Assembly: GCA_964016885.1 (NCBI GenBank)
Contig: OZ024753.1
Location: 27,652,001 to 27,716,000, forward strand
Length of the DNA stretch: 64,000 bases
Source of the DNA: Eledone cirrhosa
Taxonomy: Eukaryota
Direction: 5' to 3'
Under the pieces are notes generated by a model that was not told where the DNA came from, did no database searches, and worked only from the letters and a program-made list of their open reading frames with translations. Positions 1 to 40,119 of the stretch are shown here, in pieces. The translations under genes and the position numbers were made by a program. Every line of letters begins with the position of its first letter. Position 1 is the stretch's first letter.

Positions 1-1555
1 AGATGCATCATCGCTCATGTCTATGCCCAGGTCTCGTATCGATTTTGACACAGGGATATCGGTCCCTCCTGGTCCTGTGTAGTTGTGTTCTACTATATTT
101 GTGTTTGGAGGTTTGTTTGGATGTTTGTATTGTAGGGCTTGAAATTTGCCAGCATTAAACTGCATGTTGTTTTCTTCCGCCCATTTGTATATGGCATCCA
201 GATCCTGCTGTAAAAGGGCAGCGTCAGCCGGGTTTTTGATTGCCTGTGCTACCTTAGTGTCATCAGCATAGCTAGTGAGGGATGTTGTTGTATGCACTAC
301 AGAGGGCATGTCTGAGAGAGCCACCAAAAACAGTAGTGGTCCCAGGACTGTCCCCCTGGGGCACCCCACTTGTTATTAGTGTTTCCCTCGAGAGTGCCCC
401 ATTTGCTGCGACTGCCTGGCTTCTGTCCCTTAGGAAGCCATGCAGCCACTCACCTACTTTTCCAGTTATCCCGAGTCCGTGTAGTTTGTGACATATTCCG
501 TGGTCGACCTTGTCAAAGGCCTTCGCAAAGTCAAGATATATCACGTCCACATGTGAGTTGTCTAGTAGTTGTTTCAGTACCCAGTCATAGTGATGTAGCA
601 GCTGTGTAAGGCAGCTTCTTCCTGGGCGGAAGCCATGTTGCGTGCTAGTCAGGCGGCCATTTTCCTTGAGGAAAGTGATTAGTTTCTTTCTGACGACTCG
701 CTCCATTAACTTACTGATATGCGACGTCAGGGAGACTGGCCTATAGTTTTTGGCCTCCGCTCTACTACCTCCTTTATGGATAGGGCATATTGTGCTTTCT
801 TTCAGCTCCCTGGGTAGTACACCGCTAGCCAAGGAGCTTCTGAAGAGCATCTTCAGTGGAGTTGCTAAGGCCCGCTTACGTATTTTTAAGAGAACTGCTG
901 GGAATCCATCAGGTCCAGCAGCCGAGTCTGTTCTAATTTCATCAATGGCGTACACCACATCCTCCTCCGCTATGTCTATGTGGTTGATGGTTGCCATTTC
1001 TTCATGTAGTGTTGTGGCATCAAAGAACTCCTCTGGTTTCGTTATTTGCATGTGCCTCAGTGGACATGTGAACACACTTTTGTACTGTTCGTTCAGTATT
1101 TCACATATCTCTTGGGGGTTTTCGGTTAATGAACCGTCCGTATGGAAGAGTGGTCCAATCTTGCAGTGTACTGAGGCAGTTTCTTTTGCAAATTTAAAGA
1201 AGGCCTTAGGGTTTGTTTTAATGTTTTCTATGGCCCTGTTCTCTTTCTTTGCCCTCTCATTCTCATGGGAAAGCTTGAAGTGCAATCTCGGTGCCAAGTA
1301 ATGCACATTTCAAATAGGATTCCTTCTTGTTTTTGTTTTGTTGACTATTCAACTGGTTTGAGAGTTTGGTTCTACGTCTCATAAGGATTTTCCTATCTCT
1401 GGGAATAAGATTTTTGTGTCTGTTTGCCTTTTTCTCCGGGACAAACTTTTTGCATATAGTGTGTATCGTTGTCATGAAGTGTTGAAATTGTATGTTAGTG
1501 TCTTGTGTGGCGGTGTTTTCACTCCATGTTAGCTTCCGGATTTCTCTCTTAATCT
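1..1555 (-). mobile_element. Degraded CR1/L2-group LINE, ORF2 reverse-transcriptase fragment
   Basis: ORF 272..1306 has AGPDG, NYRPVSLTS, QHGFRPGRSC, YLDFAKAFDKV and GVPQG; YADD follows after a frameshift; runs off the window start. Confidence 0.85.
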
Positions 1556-1589
1556 TTTAATGTTTTTTTTTTCCCGTTAGCCTTGTAGA

Positions 1590-1674
1590 ATATATTATAT
1601 ATATATAATATATATATATATATTATATATATATAATATATATATATTATGTATATATAATATATATATATAAT

Positions 1675-1719
<45 letters not shown>

Positions 1720-1971
1720 TATATATATTATATATATATATATAATATATATATATATTATATATACATTATATATATATTACATATATATATTACATAT
1801 ATATATATTATATATATATATTATATATATATAATATATATATTATATATATATATATTATATATATATAATAAATATATATAATATATATATATTATAT
1901 ATATATATTATATATATATAATATATATATTATATATATATAATATATATATTATATATAATATATATATT

Positions 1972-2015
<44 letters not shown>

Positions 2016-2106
2016 AATATAATTATTATATATATATAATATATATATATATTATATATATATAATATAATTATTATATATATATAATATATATATATAT
2101 TATATA
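1590..2106. repeat. Degenerate (TA)n microsatellite, continuing at 3093-3593
   Basis: Seen directly; interrupted by the Helitron at 2107-3092. Confidence 0.95.
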
Positions 2107-3092
2107 TCTATATATATAAAACTGTGGTTGTCTGTCTGTCTATCGATTTTTGGCACACATCTCCTCTTAGAATCTCTCACGGAATTGCACCGAAATTGCT
2201 ATACTTGTACATTGAGCCCTAGCGAAGACATCGGAAAAAAAAATTTCAAATTGACCCACCCTATGTGACGAAATCGAATATAATGTATCGATTTTTGAGC
2301 GTAAGTTATCAGTTATTTCCCTTTGTTCTGTTTACATTGAGCGTCTTACGTAAAAAATTACAATACACGAACAGTTGTCGAGCCAGCAAAATATTGACCT
2401 GCAAAATTCATCAGTTCGAACACTAAGCTTCCGTTTTGCTTCATTTCCATTTAAAAGCATTTTAAAACAATATTTTTACTTGAAAACAAGTCTATTTAAA
2501 GACTACGTAAAACAAGCAAATATTTCGTCGTTAGGCGTGCAGACAGACAGTCGTGCAGACAGACAGTCGTGCAGAGAGGTGATATAGGCGTGCAGACAGA
2601 CAGTCGTGCAGAGAGGTGATATAGGCGTGCAGACAGACAGTCGTGCAGAGAGGTGATATAGGCGTGCAGACAGACAGTCGTGCAGAGAGGTGATATAGGC
2701 GTGCAGACAGACAGTCGTGCAGAGAGTTGATATAGGCGTGCAGACAGACAGTCGTGCAGAGAGTTGATATAGGCGTGCAGACAGACATAACTGATAATTT
2801 GGTTACGCTAATGTTTTTCTCTGCGTTGCAGTGTTTACATTTTCGATCTTTGTTAATAAATAACCAGTGCAGTTTCTATCCCCAGCATCCTCTTTTGTTA
2901 TAACATTCGGGTTATCGTTATGTTTTCTTAACTTCATAAGGCATATTGTTGGTTGAGGGAATTTTAATCAAAAACACCACATGCAAGTCTGCACAGTAGA
3001 CACTACAGTTTTTAAGCCAAAAAAGAAACTTAACATTGTAACTTTAACACAGCTACTGAGCGACCCCGAGCAACGCCGGGCTTTACTGCTAG
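2107..3092 (+). mobile_element. Non-autonomous Helitron
   Basis: 5' TCTATATATATAAA followed by (GTCT)n; 3' hairpin CCCGAGCAACGCCGGG then CTAG; inserted between A and T with no TSD. Confidence 0.8.
2532..2787. repeat. 37-bp tandem minisatellite inside the Helitron (about 6.5 copies)
   Basis: Unit GATATAGGCGTGCAGACAGACAGTCGTGCAGAGAGGT. Confidence 0.95.
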
Positions 3093-3593
3093 TATATAAT
3101 ATAATTATTATATATATATAATATATATATATATTATATATATATAATATATATATTATATATATTATATATATTATATATATATATATTATATATATAT
3201 AATATATATATATATTATATATATATAATATATATATTATATATATATAATATATATATATATAATATATATATATGTAATATATATATAATATATATAT
3301 AATATATATATAATATATATATATTATATATATATATTATATATATTTAATATATATATATTATATATATATAATATATATATATTATATATACTATATA
3401 TATTATATATATATAATATATATATAATATATATATATTATATATATATATTATATATATATAATATATATATATATTATATATATATATATAATATATA
3501 TATTATATATATATATATAATATATACATATAATGTATATAAATAATATATATATATTATATATATATAATATATATATTATATATATATAAT

Positions 3594-3780
3594 GAAGGGG
3601 GTCCCACAGGAGCACTGAGTGCAATGTCAACTCTGGATGTCGGTGAGCATGTCCAGCGAACCTCAGTCTCCTCTGTGTCACTTTTGAGCTGACATTTGGG
3701 ATGCTCCCATACATCTCTGAGTTTTTCACCCTCAGTGTATACTGATTAATGTCCAGAGCCATCCTCCATGGACACACTAG
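3594..3780 (-). mobile_element. RTE-type LINE 3' fragment
   Basis: Translation QRRLRFAGHAHRHPE...LLWDP is typical of the RTE ORF2 C-terminus. Confidence 0.6.
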
Positions 3781-3958
3781 AAGAGGAAGACACTGGTCTG
3801 TTGGAGACGCAGGACATGGCAGCGATAATGAGGGACAGAGACCGCTGGAGAGAACTCGTCCATGGATCTCGATATAGTTGAATAGTTTAAGAGAATTATA
3901 AAGATAATTGTATGATATGCACTCAATATTTTGAATTTGTCTACAGAATCCTCTAAAC

Positions 3959-6442
3959 CACAGGTTCTCAACCCATTTAGGCCAAACGCCCCCTTTTGTC
4001 CCTCGAAATCACGAAATGCCCCCTACCCTATTTTTCCATTTTTCAATATACTACTGATTTTGATATCTGTAGATTACTAAAAAATTGATTAACAATATTC
4101 CAAAGATACCATCGTAGGCAGCTGAGAGTATAAATACATTCCTTGAAAGGAAATATATAAATTTAAAAAAAAGGAACATAAATGTTCTTTTTTATGATTA
4201 AAGACCAGTTGAATTTGTTATATTCCCACGAGGCGATACCAACTATTTTGAACATTTATACAAGAGCAACTCTGTCTATCCATAGAGTGCTCTTATCTGG
4301 AAGAAAGTGGCAATTATATCATTTCAAAGCTTTCCAATTTTCTTTTTAATGAAACAGACAGAATAAATGTTGATATCTAACTTGATCTCCCCTCTGCTTT
4401 GTGAGCTTAGAGACCACGGAAGAGGGTTTTCATGACCACGCGGGAGGGTATATTTATTAGTAAATGGTAAAATATATACAACAAATGAGTAAGTGAATTG
4501 TAGTAGATGGTTTCCAGTCCAGTCAGACTGCAACTATAAATAAAAAAAATTGTTAGTTTGCTTTGTGACAATAGCATATCCAAGTTTTCGGATAAATCAA
4601 CTTACTTTAACTTTGACCTCATTTCAATGGGACCCTTGAACTTTATGGAGTCTAGCTAACTCTTTGACGTCAGGCTGGATTTTCGTACGATGTAGGCGGA
4701 GACCTCCACATGTAATTACATTGTAGCGGTTGCGAGCCTTACTGTGCAGTCTGGAAACAGCACCAAGCCTCCTCTTGACTAAGTATGAGCTTGGAAAAGG
4801 GAGAGAAAATCTCTTAGCCTCTGCACGTAGGTGTGGAAATCGACGCTGAATTTCCTCTTGCATCCAAAAAAGGGATTCACCTATTTTTGGGAAATCTAAT
4901 TTTGATCATGTCATCTGCTTTAAGCTCAATGAATTCTTCCTGAAATATAACGTCCAAGTTATCGACGTTAGCTGTGAAGGGATCTGCTACCCACATTGGG
5001 ATGACCATCGGCAATAGGTCGACAAACCGTTCTCTCGTGTATTCTTGTAGCGCACGGAGGTGAGTGGTATAAATTTGGAGTTGGTCATCGCTTACAATGT
5101 TTTGAACATTGGCGACACTAGGAAAATTATAGAATTCCCGTCAACAAAAATTCCTTTCGATGACATTCAATTTGGCCAGGAATGTTTTCACAGCCTTCCT
5201 TGCTTTAAGCAAGGTGATCTTCTTCCCCTGCAAAGCCAAAATGACGCTATTGCATTTGTCGACGATGTCGGTGAGGTAGGCGAAGTTTTGCCTCACATCG
5301 AGGATTTTCTTGTACAGTTCTGTGTTGCGTCCTCGCAGAAACTCAATGATAGAGTCAAACAGTTCAAAGAAGTGAGTAAGGAAGGCACTTGCCCTTTGAA
5401 AGCCATCTCACTTCATTATGAAGGAGCAACTTGACGAATTCTTCGTTATTATCTTGGCACAGTTGCCGGAAAATTCGTTCATTGAGGGAATGCCGTTTGA
5501 TAAAATTGATGACATCAAGGGCCACCTGCAAGGACTTGCTCAGTGGCTTGCTGAGTTTCTTCACAGCCAAGTGTTGTCGATGAATGACACAATGAACAAC
5601 AAATACAGATAGATTTTCTCTCTTGAAGAAGAGTGACGAAACCCTTATGTTGGCCGACCATTGCTCTAGCGTCGTCCGTAGCACATGATACAATATGTGT
5701 TGTATTTGGTCCTAGATGTATGTATTACCTGCCTGTGTGTTGTAGGTAGTCCTAGATGTATGTATTACCTGCTTATGTATAGCATGTGGTCCTAGATGTA
5801 TGTTTTACCTGATTATGTGTTGTATGTGGTCCTAGATGTTTTATTACCTGATTATGTGTTGTATGTGGTCCTAGATGTCTGTATTACCTGATTATGTGTT
5901 GCTTGTAGTCCTAGATGTGTGTATTACCTGCTTATGTGTTGTATGTTGTCCTAGATGTGTGTGCTACCCGCTTCTGTGTTTTTTCATTATTTTTTTTATT
6001 TGTAATATTATTTATACAATAGGAAATAAAATAGATCTACATAGTGTTAACTCGTTACGGTTGAGTCAATAATTTCAGACATGAAATACATTGTAATCGG
6101 TGAAGGAAAGACAAGATTCTAGCTGGCTGCGATTGAAGTATCCTTGACCCAGTTGACTGTGGGTTTTTCCATGGTTAGGATCTCAATTGCCGATTCATGT
6201 CTAAACACGCCTGCACACCTGCGGTCAGACCATAGTTATGCTGTCTGCATGCTCATTCAAATGCATTCACACTGGCTGTCTCAAAGACATACAAATATGG
6301 CTTATAAAACTTACCAAAGTAAAGAGCCTTCCAGTGCACTCCAAGCTCCAAACGACCCCCTAATGCCCCCTTGCTCCCAAACGCCCCCTGGATTTCCGAA
6401 ACGCCCCCTGGGGGTGCATATGCCCCCCGTTGAGAACCTTTG
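3959..6442 (-). mobile_element. hAT (Charlie/Buster-type) DNA transposon with a broken transposase
   Basis: TIRs CACAGGTTCTCAAC (3959-3972) and GTTGAGAACCTTTG (6429-6442); perfect 8-bp TSD CTCTAAAC (3951-3958, 6443-6450); transposase motifs HCVIHRQHL, EVRWLSKG and PFPSSYLV on the minus strand. Confidence 0.92.
5690..5965. repeat. 40-bp tandem minisatellite inside the hAT element (about 7 copies)
   Basis: CCTAGATG recurs at 5711, 5751, 5791, 5831, 5870, 5910 and 5950. Confidence 0.95.
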
Positions 6443-6450
6443 CTCTAAAC

Positions 6451-7024
<574 letters not shown>

Positions 7025-8399
7025 ATACTTGGGGAGGGTCATATTTGTGTAATATTGCCAGAATTAATAACAGAACACACTCACTGTTTGGTTGGTTTTC
7101 GCTTTTTGCTTCTGTGTCTTTTATATAAGTAATTTAATTTATTCGGTCCTCAATGTTGCCATTGACTGACCAACGGTCAAAAACACAGATACAATATAGA
7201 CACAAACACATATATATAGTTTATCAAAGTTCTTTCGTTGCACATCTGCAACATCGTCAGTGGTGCTATTTTTCCTCCCGTTAATTGTATTTTCTACGCC
7301 ATCTTTATTTAGTCTGTTTATATATTTATTTATTTGTTTATTTTATTTTGTCTTCTTTGCGCATGCGTTTGCGCGTGTGTATAGTGTTTTGTTTGATGTG
7401 TGTTCGTGACTGTGTATTGGTTAATGTATTCTATCTTTACTAGTGTGTGTTTATATGTGTTTGTTGTTATTGTGCTTGTGTATGTATTTATTTATTTATT
7501 TATTTATTTATTTATCTATTTATTTATTTATTTATTTATACTTCTCTTAGGTCGGTGTTGTTTGTTTGGGTGTTGTTGTTATTCCATTCATTTTTTCTGT
7601 TTAGCCTTGGCCTTCTAAGTTCTATGTCACTGGCCTCTCTCATTTGCCTATCTGCTGGGTCATTTCTATTTTTAGATATTATTCTAATTTCTATGTTGAA
7701 ATTACTCCCACATTACTCCCACATTAGTTGATTTTAATTTTTTTCTCGATTTGGTTGTCAAAACAATTACTACTCTTGAACTAAGGGAATGGAGTCGATT
7801 TAACCCTTTTAAAAGACACGTTTATAAATTGAGCGATAACGAGTGTTTAAGAATTTTACAAAAGTTTAAGATTTACAAGACATTAGGGCGGAGTTTAAGG
7901 GAATTAACTTTGTATGTATATAATAAAGACTTAAAATATTGTTCGTATGAAAGATGTTTCATTCACGTGTAGTTAAGAGGTTAATGAGAGTGTAGTGTGA
8001 GAGCCTAATAGGAGTATAATAGTAAAGACCCACGAGAAAGACATAAGTTAGCGGATAGTGAGAGAGTACAGAGTTTTGTCATTATACTTGTATAGGAAAT
8101 TTTAAAAAAAGAACAAAACAAATAAAAAACAGTGGGAGACAGAAAGAAAGAAAATATGAATATGAAACGAAAAAGGAATGCAATTAATTATTTTATTTTA
8201 ATCGTAGGGAACTAAAGTGGTCCTTATCACTGAAAATAAAAAAACAAAAACATATTGGATTGTTTTTGCAAAGAAGAAGAAATATATCAAGTAGGAGCAT
8301 TATCAATATCTACTCCTTAAAATAGGGCCCATCACCACATGTGAATTTCGTATATCTAAAGATATACCGTATGTTTAATAAATAAACATTTTGAAAGTC

Positions 8400-9060
8400 T
8401 CAGCTATGAATAGAAGTCCAGATTTCGGCAGAGTATAAAAGAGCAGACAGAACACATGATCTAAACACACACACCTTGGTATTGTTGGTAATATTGCGAG
8501 TTGCCCAAACTCTTTTTTCCAATTTTCTGAAGGCAACAGAGGCCTTCTGGATGCGCAGTTGTATTTCAGAAACCAAAGCAGCCATCATTTGCGAGTGTGC
8601 TACCCAAGTAGAAAGATTTTTCTACTACTCCCAGCCTGGTTTCATCAACCATGATATTGGGTTCAGTATATCGTTCTCCAGGAGCAGGGGTAAACATTAC
8701 TTTGGTCTTTTTAAGGCTGATTGTAAGCCCAAATTCTGTACACGAGGATGAGAAACAGTCCATAATGTGTTACATGTCAGCTTCTGTGTGTGCTAGGAAG
8801 TCAGCGCCGTCGACATAAAAAAGGTCTCTGATCAGAGCTTGAAAAGTGTTTGCCTTGGCATTAAATCTTCTCAAGCTGAAAACCTTTCCAGTAGTTCTGA
8901 ACCGTAAAAGAATGCCTCTGTCACAATCATGGCAAGTATGTGTAGGCAAGGCGGCAAAGAAGATGGAGAAAAGCGTAGGAGCAGGAATATCAACTTGCTT
9001 TACCCCGTTGTCAATTCGTTTGATCCCACTGTTCTTGTACATTTTATCGAGTATGTCCAT
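8400..9060 (-). mobile_element. RTE (BovB-like) LINE reverse-transcriptase fragment
   Basis: Frameshifted pieces APTLFSIFF, FRTTGKVFSLRRF, FGLTISLKKTKVM and LLYSAEIW. Confidence 0.8.
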
Positions 9061-9243
9061 TGCACGATATAACATTATTAATAATTGAGTTACTTCCCTG
9101 TATGATCTGAGTTCAAATCCCACCGAGGTTAACTTTGCCTTTCATCCTTACGGGGTCGATAAAATAAAGTACCAGTAATGCACTGGATAATTGCTGGCCT
9201 TGTGCCAAAAGTAAAAACAATTATTAATAATTATCAATTAATG

Positions 9244-9533
9244 CTATCGTGCAATGCCTGTGCGTAAATATTTTTTTTTAAGTGAGGAATGACTGTGCAC
9301 AGAGCCAGTCCCACTCTCTGAGCGACAGTAGCTATAACCCGAAAAGAAGAGATCAACATCATCGGTAACTACTAGGCCGCAGGTTTTTTTTTGTTGTTGT
9401 TGTACATACATACATGATGGCTGTCCCCTCGTTATCGAGTATGGCAATTACACTAAAAAAAAAATAATAATAATAATAAAATAATAAAAAAATAAAATGA
9501 AAAAATATATATATTTATACACCCCCCTCCCAC

Positions 9534-9564
<31 letters not shown>

Positions 9565-9930
9565 TACACACATATATACATACACACATACATGTATACA
9601 TATATATACACACACATATACATACATATACATACACACACATACACATACACACACATACATGCCTTCGCACATATATATACACACATATATCAACAAT
9701 TAACGGTGCTGCGATCGAATGTGGCTTTTTAGCCCAGCCAATGATCTAAAATGTCTTGCACAGAGTTGGTAACCAAAACATTCACTGGCAATAGTGCCGC
9801 GTCCAACACGAAAACCAGATTGGCTTTCAGGAAGAACAGTCTACAAATTTTTACTCCACTAGACTCTGCAAATAACGTGACAGGAATTGTGAAGTTTTAT
9901 ATATTTTCCCAATGCAATCATTGCTTAAAT

Positions 9931-9962
<32 letters not shown>

Positions 9963-10240
9963 CATACATACATACATACATACATACATACATACATACA
10001 TACATACATGATGGTTGTCCCCTCGTTATCGAGTATGGCCATTGAACGATATACCATTATTAATAATTATTAATTAATTCTATCGTGCAATACCTGTGCG
10101 TGAAGATATTTTTTAAAGTGAGGAAAGACTGTGCACCGAGCCAATCCCACTCTCTTAGCGACAGTAGCTATAACCCGAAAAGAAGAAAAGATCAACATCA
10201 TCGGTAACTACTGAGCCGCAGGTTTTATATCGGAGTTATC
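9244..10240. repeat. Two related copies of a dispersed repeat (9244-9447 and about 10010-10240) next to (ATAC)n tracts
   Basis: Both share CTATCGTGCAAT.CCTGTGCGT...CAGTAGCTATAACCCGAAAAGAAGA...CATCATCGGTAACTACT. Confidence 0.7.
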
Positions 10241-10572
10241 CCAGTTTTTTTAGTTGCCTTCTGCTAGAAGAATGCCCTGTGGTGTAACCGCGTGATCGGG
10301 TGTCCAGCTCGACTATTTCTATGTCCCCGCGCATATACACACAAATGCACCCATGTATATACACATATACATATACATACATATTTACACACTTTTGGAA
10401 GGCCGTTGACTCTTATGAGTTCTTCTGTCCTTTGTCAGGTTTTGTTTTTTGTCCTGCAGGGTGTCCAAAATCACCAAGTAAACTTGGTGGGGTTGCCGGC
10501 TTAGTCGCCGACGACCCGACCATGCAACAGGTTGAACTAGGTTACATGTTACCAGTAGCACTCAAGAGTGAT

Positions 10573-10603
<31 letters not shown>

Positions 10604-11177
10604 CATACATACATACATGGTGGCTGCCAACTCGTTTTCGAGTACGGTCACTACTTTATACCCATGTAGGAGAACCCCTACCGATGCGCTGAACGAGTGT
10701 GACTTTTTAGTCCAGCCAGCGACTTGAAAACTCTGGTACAAACACTACACTTGTGACAATTATTGACACATAGTGCTGGGCCCATGGTACCATGTGACGA
10801 CAAGTGCAGAGAGATCTCCAGATATAAAGCAATGCCTGTGCCGTGAAACTTTTATAGTGAGCAAAGCCCAACGACACGACCATGAAACAGGTTGTACTGG
10901 GATACATATTAGCAGTAGCTCCAACTGGTGACCTGACACATAAACATACATACATACATACATACATACATACATACATACAATTGAAGTAACCAAACCA
11001 GTTTACTCCAGTTTATTTCCATTCAACTGAATCTTATTACAGTTTTGTGTACGGCCATTGTGGTACATTATTTTCGACACGCATTATTTTCAACTTGTTG
11101 AAGTGTATACGTTGACTGCGAGATCACATCATATGATACCAATCTCTCTCGAGTAAAAGTACTATACTGGTGTCATA

Positions 11178-36198
<25,021 letters not shown>

Positions 36199-36233
36199 TA
36201 CATGTACAAAGATCTAACAAATTATTTTAATGT

Positions 36234-36239
36234 AATAAA
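36234..36239 (+). terminator. Candidate polyadenylation signal for copy A
   Basis: AATAAA about 35 nt after the stop codon; the context is AT-rich, so this is weak evidence. Confidence 0.4.
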
Positions 36240-37049
36240 ATGTTAATATAAATAAGATATCTACATCGTACGACCAAATATCGATGTTGCTCAAATTTAT
36301 TAGGCATCACACACACACGCACACTAACACACACACATTCCATTTAATCAATCGCATATACAATGCCGGCTGATTTCGCAGAACTGCATCTTTTTTCCAA
36401 TTTTACGTATATATATAGCACAATGAAATTTTATTTGATTTGATGTAAATTCCATGGTTATGGAAGCTTCCTTCTTTGGCATCGTAAATTAGAATGACAA
36501 TAGTTAAGATAATGTTTGTCAAATGTATCAAAGTTATTTTATGTTTTCAACGAAATAAATTCTATCAAAGATCAGATATGTATTTTTTAACTTATTTTTT
36601 ATTTGTAAATAATATTTCCAGTAGATTGATTTAATTACAGTTATTGTTGAAGAATTCAAATGTGAGTATTTTCAGAATATTAAGTGGATTGAAATGTCTC
36701 CAAGTCCCAGGTGTCCGATCGTTCAAACGATTTGATCAATCAGAAACGTGAAACTTAACCCTGTAGCATTTAAACCGACCGTATCCAGCCAGGGGTCGAT
36801 AAATAAAGCGCCAGTAATGCACTGGGGTCGATTTAATCGACGTTCCCCTTCCCCCAACAAAATGTTGGTCTTGTACCTAAATCCGAAACTATTATTTGAA
36901 ATATGTAACATAGACAATTAGATATTTTCTGTTTGAGAAATACTTTTAACACAGACTGACTATCACGATTTCGTTTGAAACATCTCTAGCATTATGGATA
37001 CATTCTTCCAGCACAAACATATCTATAGATATAAAATGTATAAGAAAAC

Positions 37050-39600
37050 CGGGGACAGAGATCAGTAATTGATTATTTTATTGTCTCTGATCTCATCGAT
37101 TCTGTGCTAAATGTTCGTCTTAAAAAAAGGGATGAATTGTCAGCTGTTTGTCATCTAGTTATCTGCAAACTGAAATTAGAGAAAGTTAAGAAATCCCACA
37201 CAACTGACAGGTCCAGGTTGAGCTACAAGATAAAGTAGGAAGTGGCTGATGAGAAGGCCAGAACCAGTTACACGGATACGAAAGCATCCAAATTCAGAAA
37301 ACTCTCTGATCAAACTGAAGACCTTGAAACGGAGTGGAGACTGTTTAGTTCGACAGTCTCTGTTTCTGCTGTTAAATGCTGCAGGCAAAAACGTCTCAAT
37401 ATGGCGCTGAGAGGCATGAGGACCCCTGATCAAACAGGAGGTTAAATATACCATTCGAACAAAAAGGTGGCTTGCAAAGCTTGACTTGAAATAAGTCTTC
37501 CTTCTTGCACTCGAGGTACAAATTTGTACGAAAAGTCACAACAGAGACAATAAAGGCATCCAAGGTTAAGAGATGGGAGAACTTTGGGGTTAAGCTGGAA
37601 TCCAACTTTAGATCAGCAAATAAAGAATTCTGGCAAACCATCCACTGTCTTCGTATTAAGAAGTTCCCCGTCTACACCTGTTTTCAGTAACGCGTCTGGC
37701 ATTGAAGAATGCCAGACGCGTGGAGAGAATATTTCGGTAATCTCTTAAATCCGGTCACAACAATATCTTCTGATGTACAAGAGGTGCATCTGGAAGCGAT
37801 GACTAACCTCTCGGAGGCTGAGGTCACCAGAGCAATTGGTGGCAAGGCCTCTGGGGAGGATGAAATTCGGTTCGAGATGTTAAACCAGAAGGTACTTTGG
37901 CTGAAGCATGTGTGTCATGTGGCGTGAATCTCTGGAGATGCAATCAAAGTACTGGCAATCGTGAGTGATAATCCCAAGTTTCCAAAAGTGAGTCAAGAGA
38001 GATTGCTCTAATTATTGAGGAATCGCCTTATTAAACTTCCCCGGTAAAGTTAATGTTAAGTATCTGTCAAAGAGATGTAGCGATATTGTCAAGCCCAAGC
38101 TAGCTGACGAAGTGTACGCTTTTTTGCACAGCCGACCAAATATTGAAATACAAAATATCTTATTCATAATTTTTACAAATTCACTAAATAGTAATGCTGA
38201 GTGGGAGAAAAGTATTATTTTCTGTCTATGTATTTTCTGTCTATGTATTTTCTGTAAATGATAATTGAGTAAAGTCTGCATGTAATTTTATATAATTATA
38301 TGTTTTTCTCTACATTTATTACGGTCTACTTCATTGATAAGTACACAATGTAAAAATATTCGAGTATAATTTTGTTTACTTCTCACAACCGATATTACGA
38401 GAAGTGTCTTTATAGGTTTATATACGTTCATCAAAAATTTTGATTATTTGTAAAATTTATTGAAACAGATTGGCAGTGTCATTCATTATAAGTACGGCAA
38501 GATAAAATAGACTACACTCTCATGTGTATTCCAAAATCTGGTACTTTTATAATATAAAACAAACTCTTATTCACTAGTTTATTTTGTACTAGTTTATGTT
38601 GCATAGAAAACAAAAATTTCAATTTCAATTTTTAAAGATATACAGAAAATAAAACTTCTCTCACACACTGCGTTACTAAGTGATTAAAAAAAAAATTATG
38701 ATTAAGATATTCTTATATTTTGCATTTCAATAAAACGAAGACGAATGAGTGTATAGCAACGTACATAAGATTGTCTTCGAAATATCAGTTGTGAGAATTA
38801 CTTCTCTCAACTGATATTACGAGAAGAGTCTATGTCTTCATCTTATTGAAATGCAACTATCTTATTCATAATATTATGAACAAGATATTTACATATTTTG
38901 CATTTCAATAGGATTAGGACACAGGCTCTCCTCGTGGTGTCAGTTGTGAGAAGCAAACAGAATTATACTCGAATGTTTCAATAAAAGCATAGAAACACAA
39001 AACAAGAATATGTTAGGTGTAAAAGTCAAACTTGCTATCTTCAATTCGGTATTCGTGCCAAACCTTACCTATGGTTTGAGTAATGACTGAAAGAATACGA
39101 TCGTGAATACAAGCAACCGAAATGGGGTTCCTGCGAAGGGTCTTTCGAGTAACGTTACTCAATAGAATGCGTAGCTCGGAGATCAGAGAGTCACTCCAGG
39201 TAGAGTTGCTACTTCTCCGACTTGAGAGATCACAGCTCCGATACTATGGGTATGTGGTTAGAATATCTCAGGAAAGAATCGCTTGATAGACTTTACGGAC
39301 AAAACAAACTTGCAGGCGACTCAGGGGTAGATCCCGAGCAAGATGGTTGGATAACATCCATGAGCTTATCTGGTCTCGCTTGAGGATCCAACCGAATCAG
39401 TTGGAGACGGTTGCTTCAGACAGGACCCACTGGAAGGAGAGTTTGAGGACTCTGTCCCCACAACCCCCCACTCAGGAAGAAGAAGAAGAAGAAGAAGAAG
39501 AAGAAGAAGAAGAAGAAGAAGAAGAAGAAGAAGAAGAAGAAGAAGAAGAAGAAGAAGAAGAAGAAGAAGAAGAAGAAGAAGAAGAAGAAGAAGAAGAAGG
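37050..39600 (+). mobile_element. Degraded RTE-group LINE with a (GAA)n tail, interrupted at about 38125-38990 by an AT-rich insertion with internal inverted repeats
   Basis: WREYFGNLLN, GKASGEDEI, GRSRARWLDNI; (GAA)n at 39476-39600; related fragment at about 14110-14520. Confidence 0.7.
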
Positions 39601-39803
39601 AGGAGGAGAAAAAGAAGAAGAAGAAACACAATTATGTAAATTTATGTTGTTACAAAAAAATAGGTGCAGCCGTACTGGATCGTTAAAAATTGAAAATATT
39701 GAGCCGCCTGCAATTATGCTTAGAGTGGGGGAAATAGAGAGAGAGAGAGATAGGAGGGGGGAAGCAAAGATAGGGACAGAGAGAGACAAACAGAATCGGT
39801 GCG

Positions 39804-39859
<56 letters not shown>

Positions 39860-40119
39860 TAAATAAATCAAGAGAAACTCAGTTTGTGACTAAGAAAAAA
39901 TAAAGGAATATTACACAAACAATTCTCACATAAATCTTATATTACATTTGGTAGCGTGTCTTTCATAGAAAACAACAAATAAAACATTTCTCATTCATTC
40001 ATGACCTCAATAATGAACGATAGGGTGTGTTTAGGAGATTCGAAGATATTCACACAAAATGTGATTTTCTGTTGTAAACAAACTTCGACAACGAGTGTTC
40101 CACTTGTTCCAACAACGAG

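Noticed and set aside
2532-2787. 37-bp and 40-bp (5690-5965) repeats as possible CRISPR arrays
   Set aside because: Head-to-tail units without unique spacers, inside eukaryotic transposons, and no cas genes
39347-39862. Poly-Glu ORF and its poly-Leu/Phe/Ser counterparts
   Set aside because: (GAA)n tail of an RTE-type LINE
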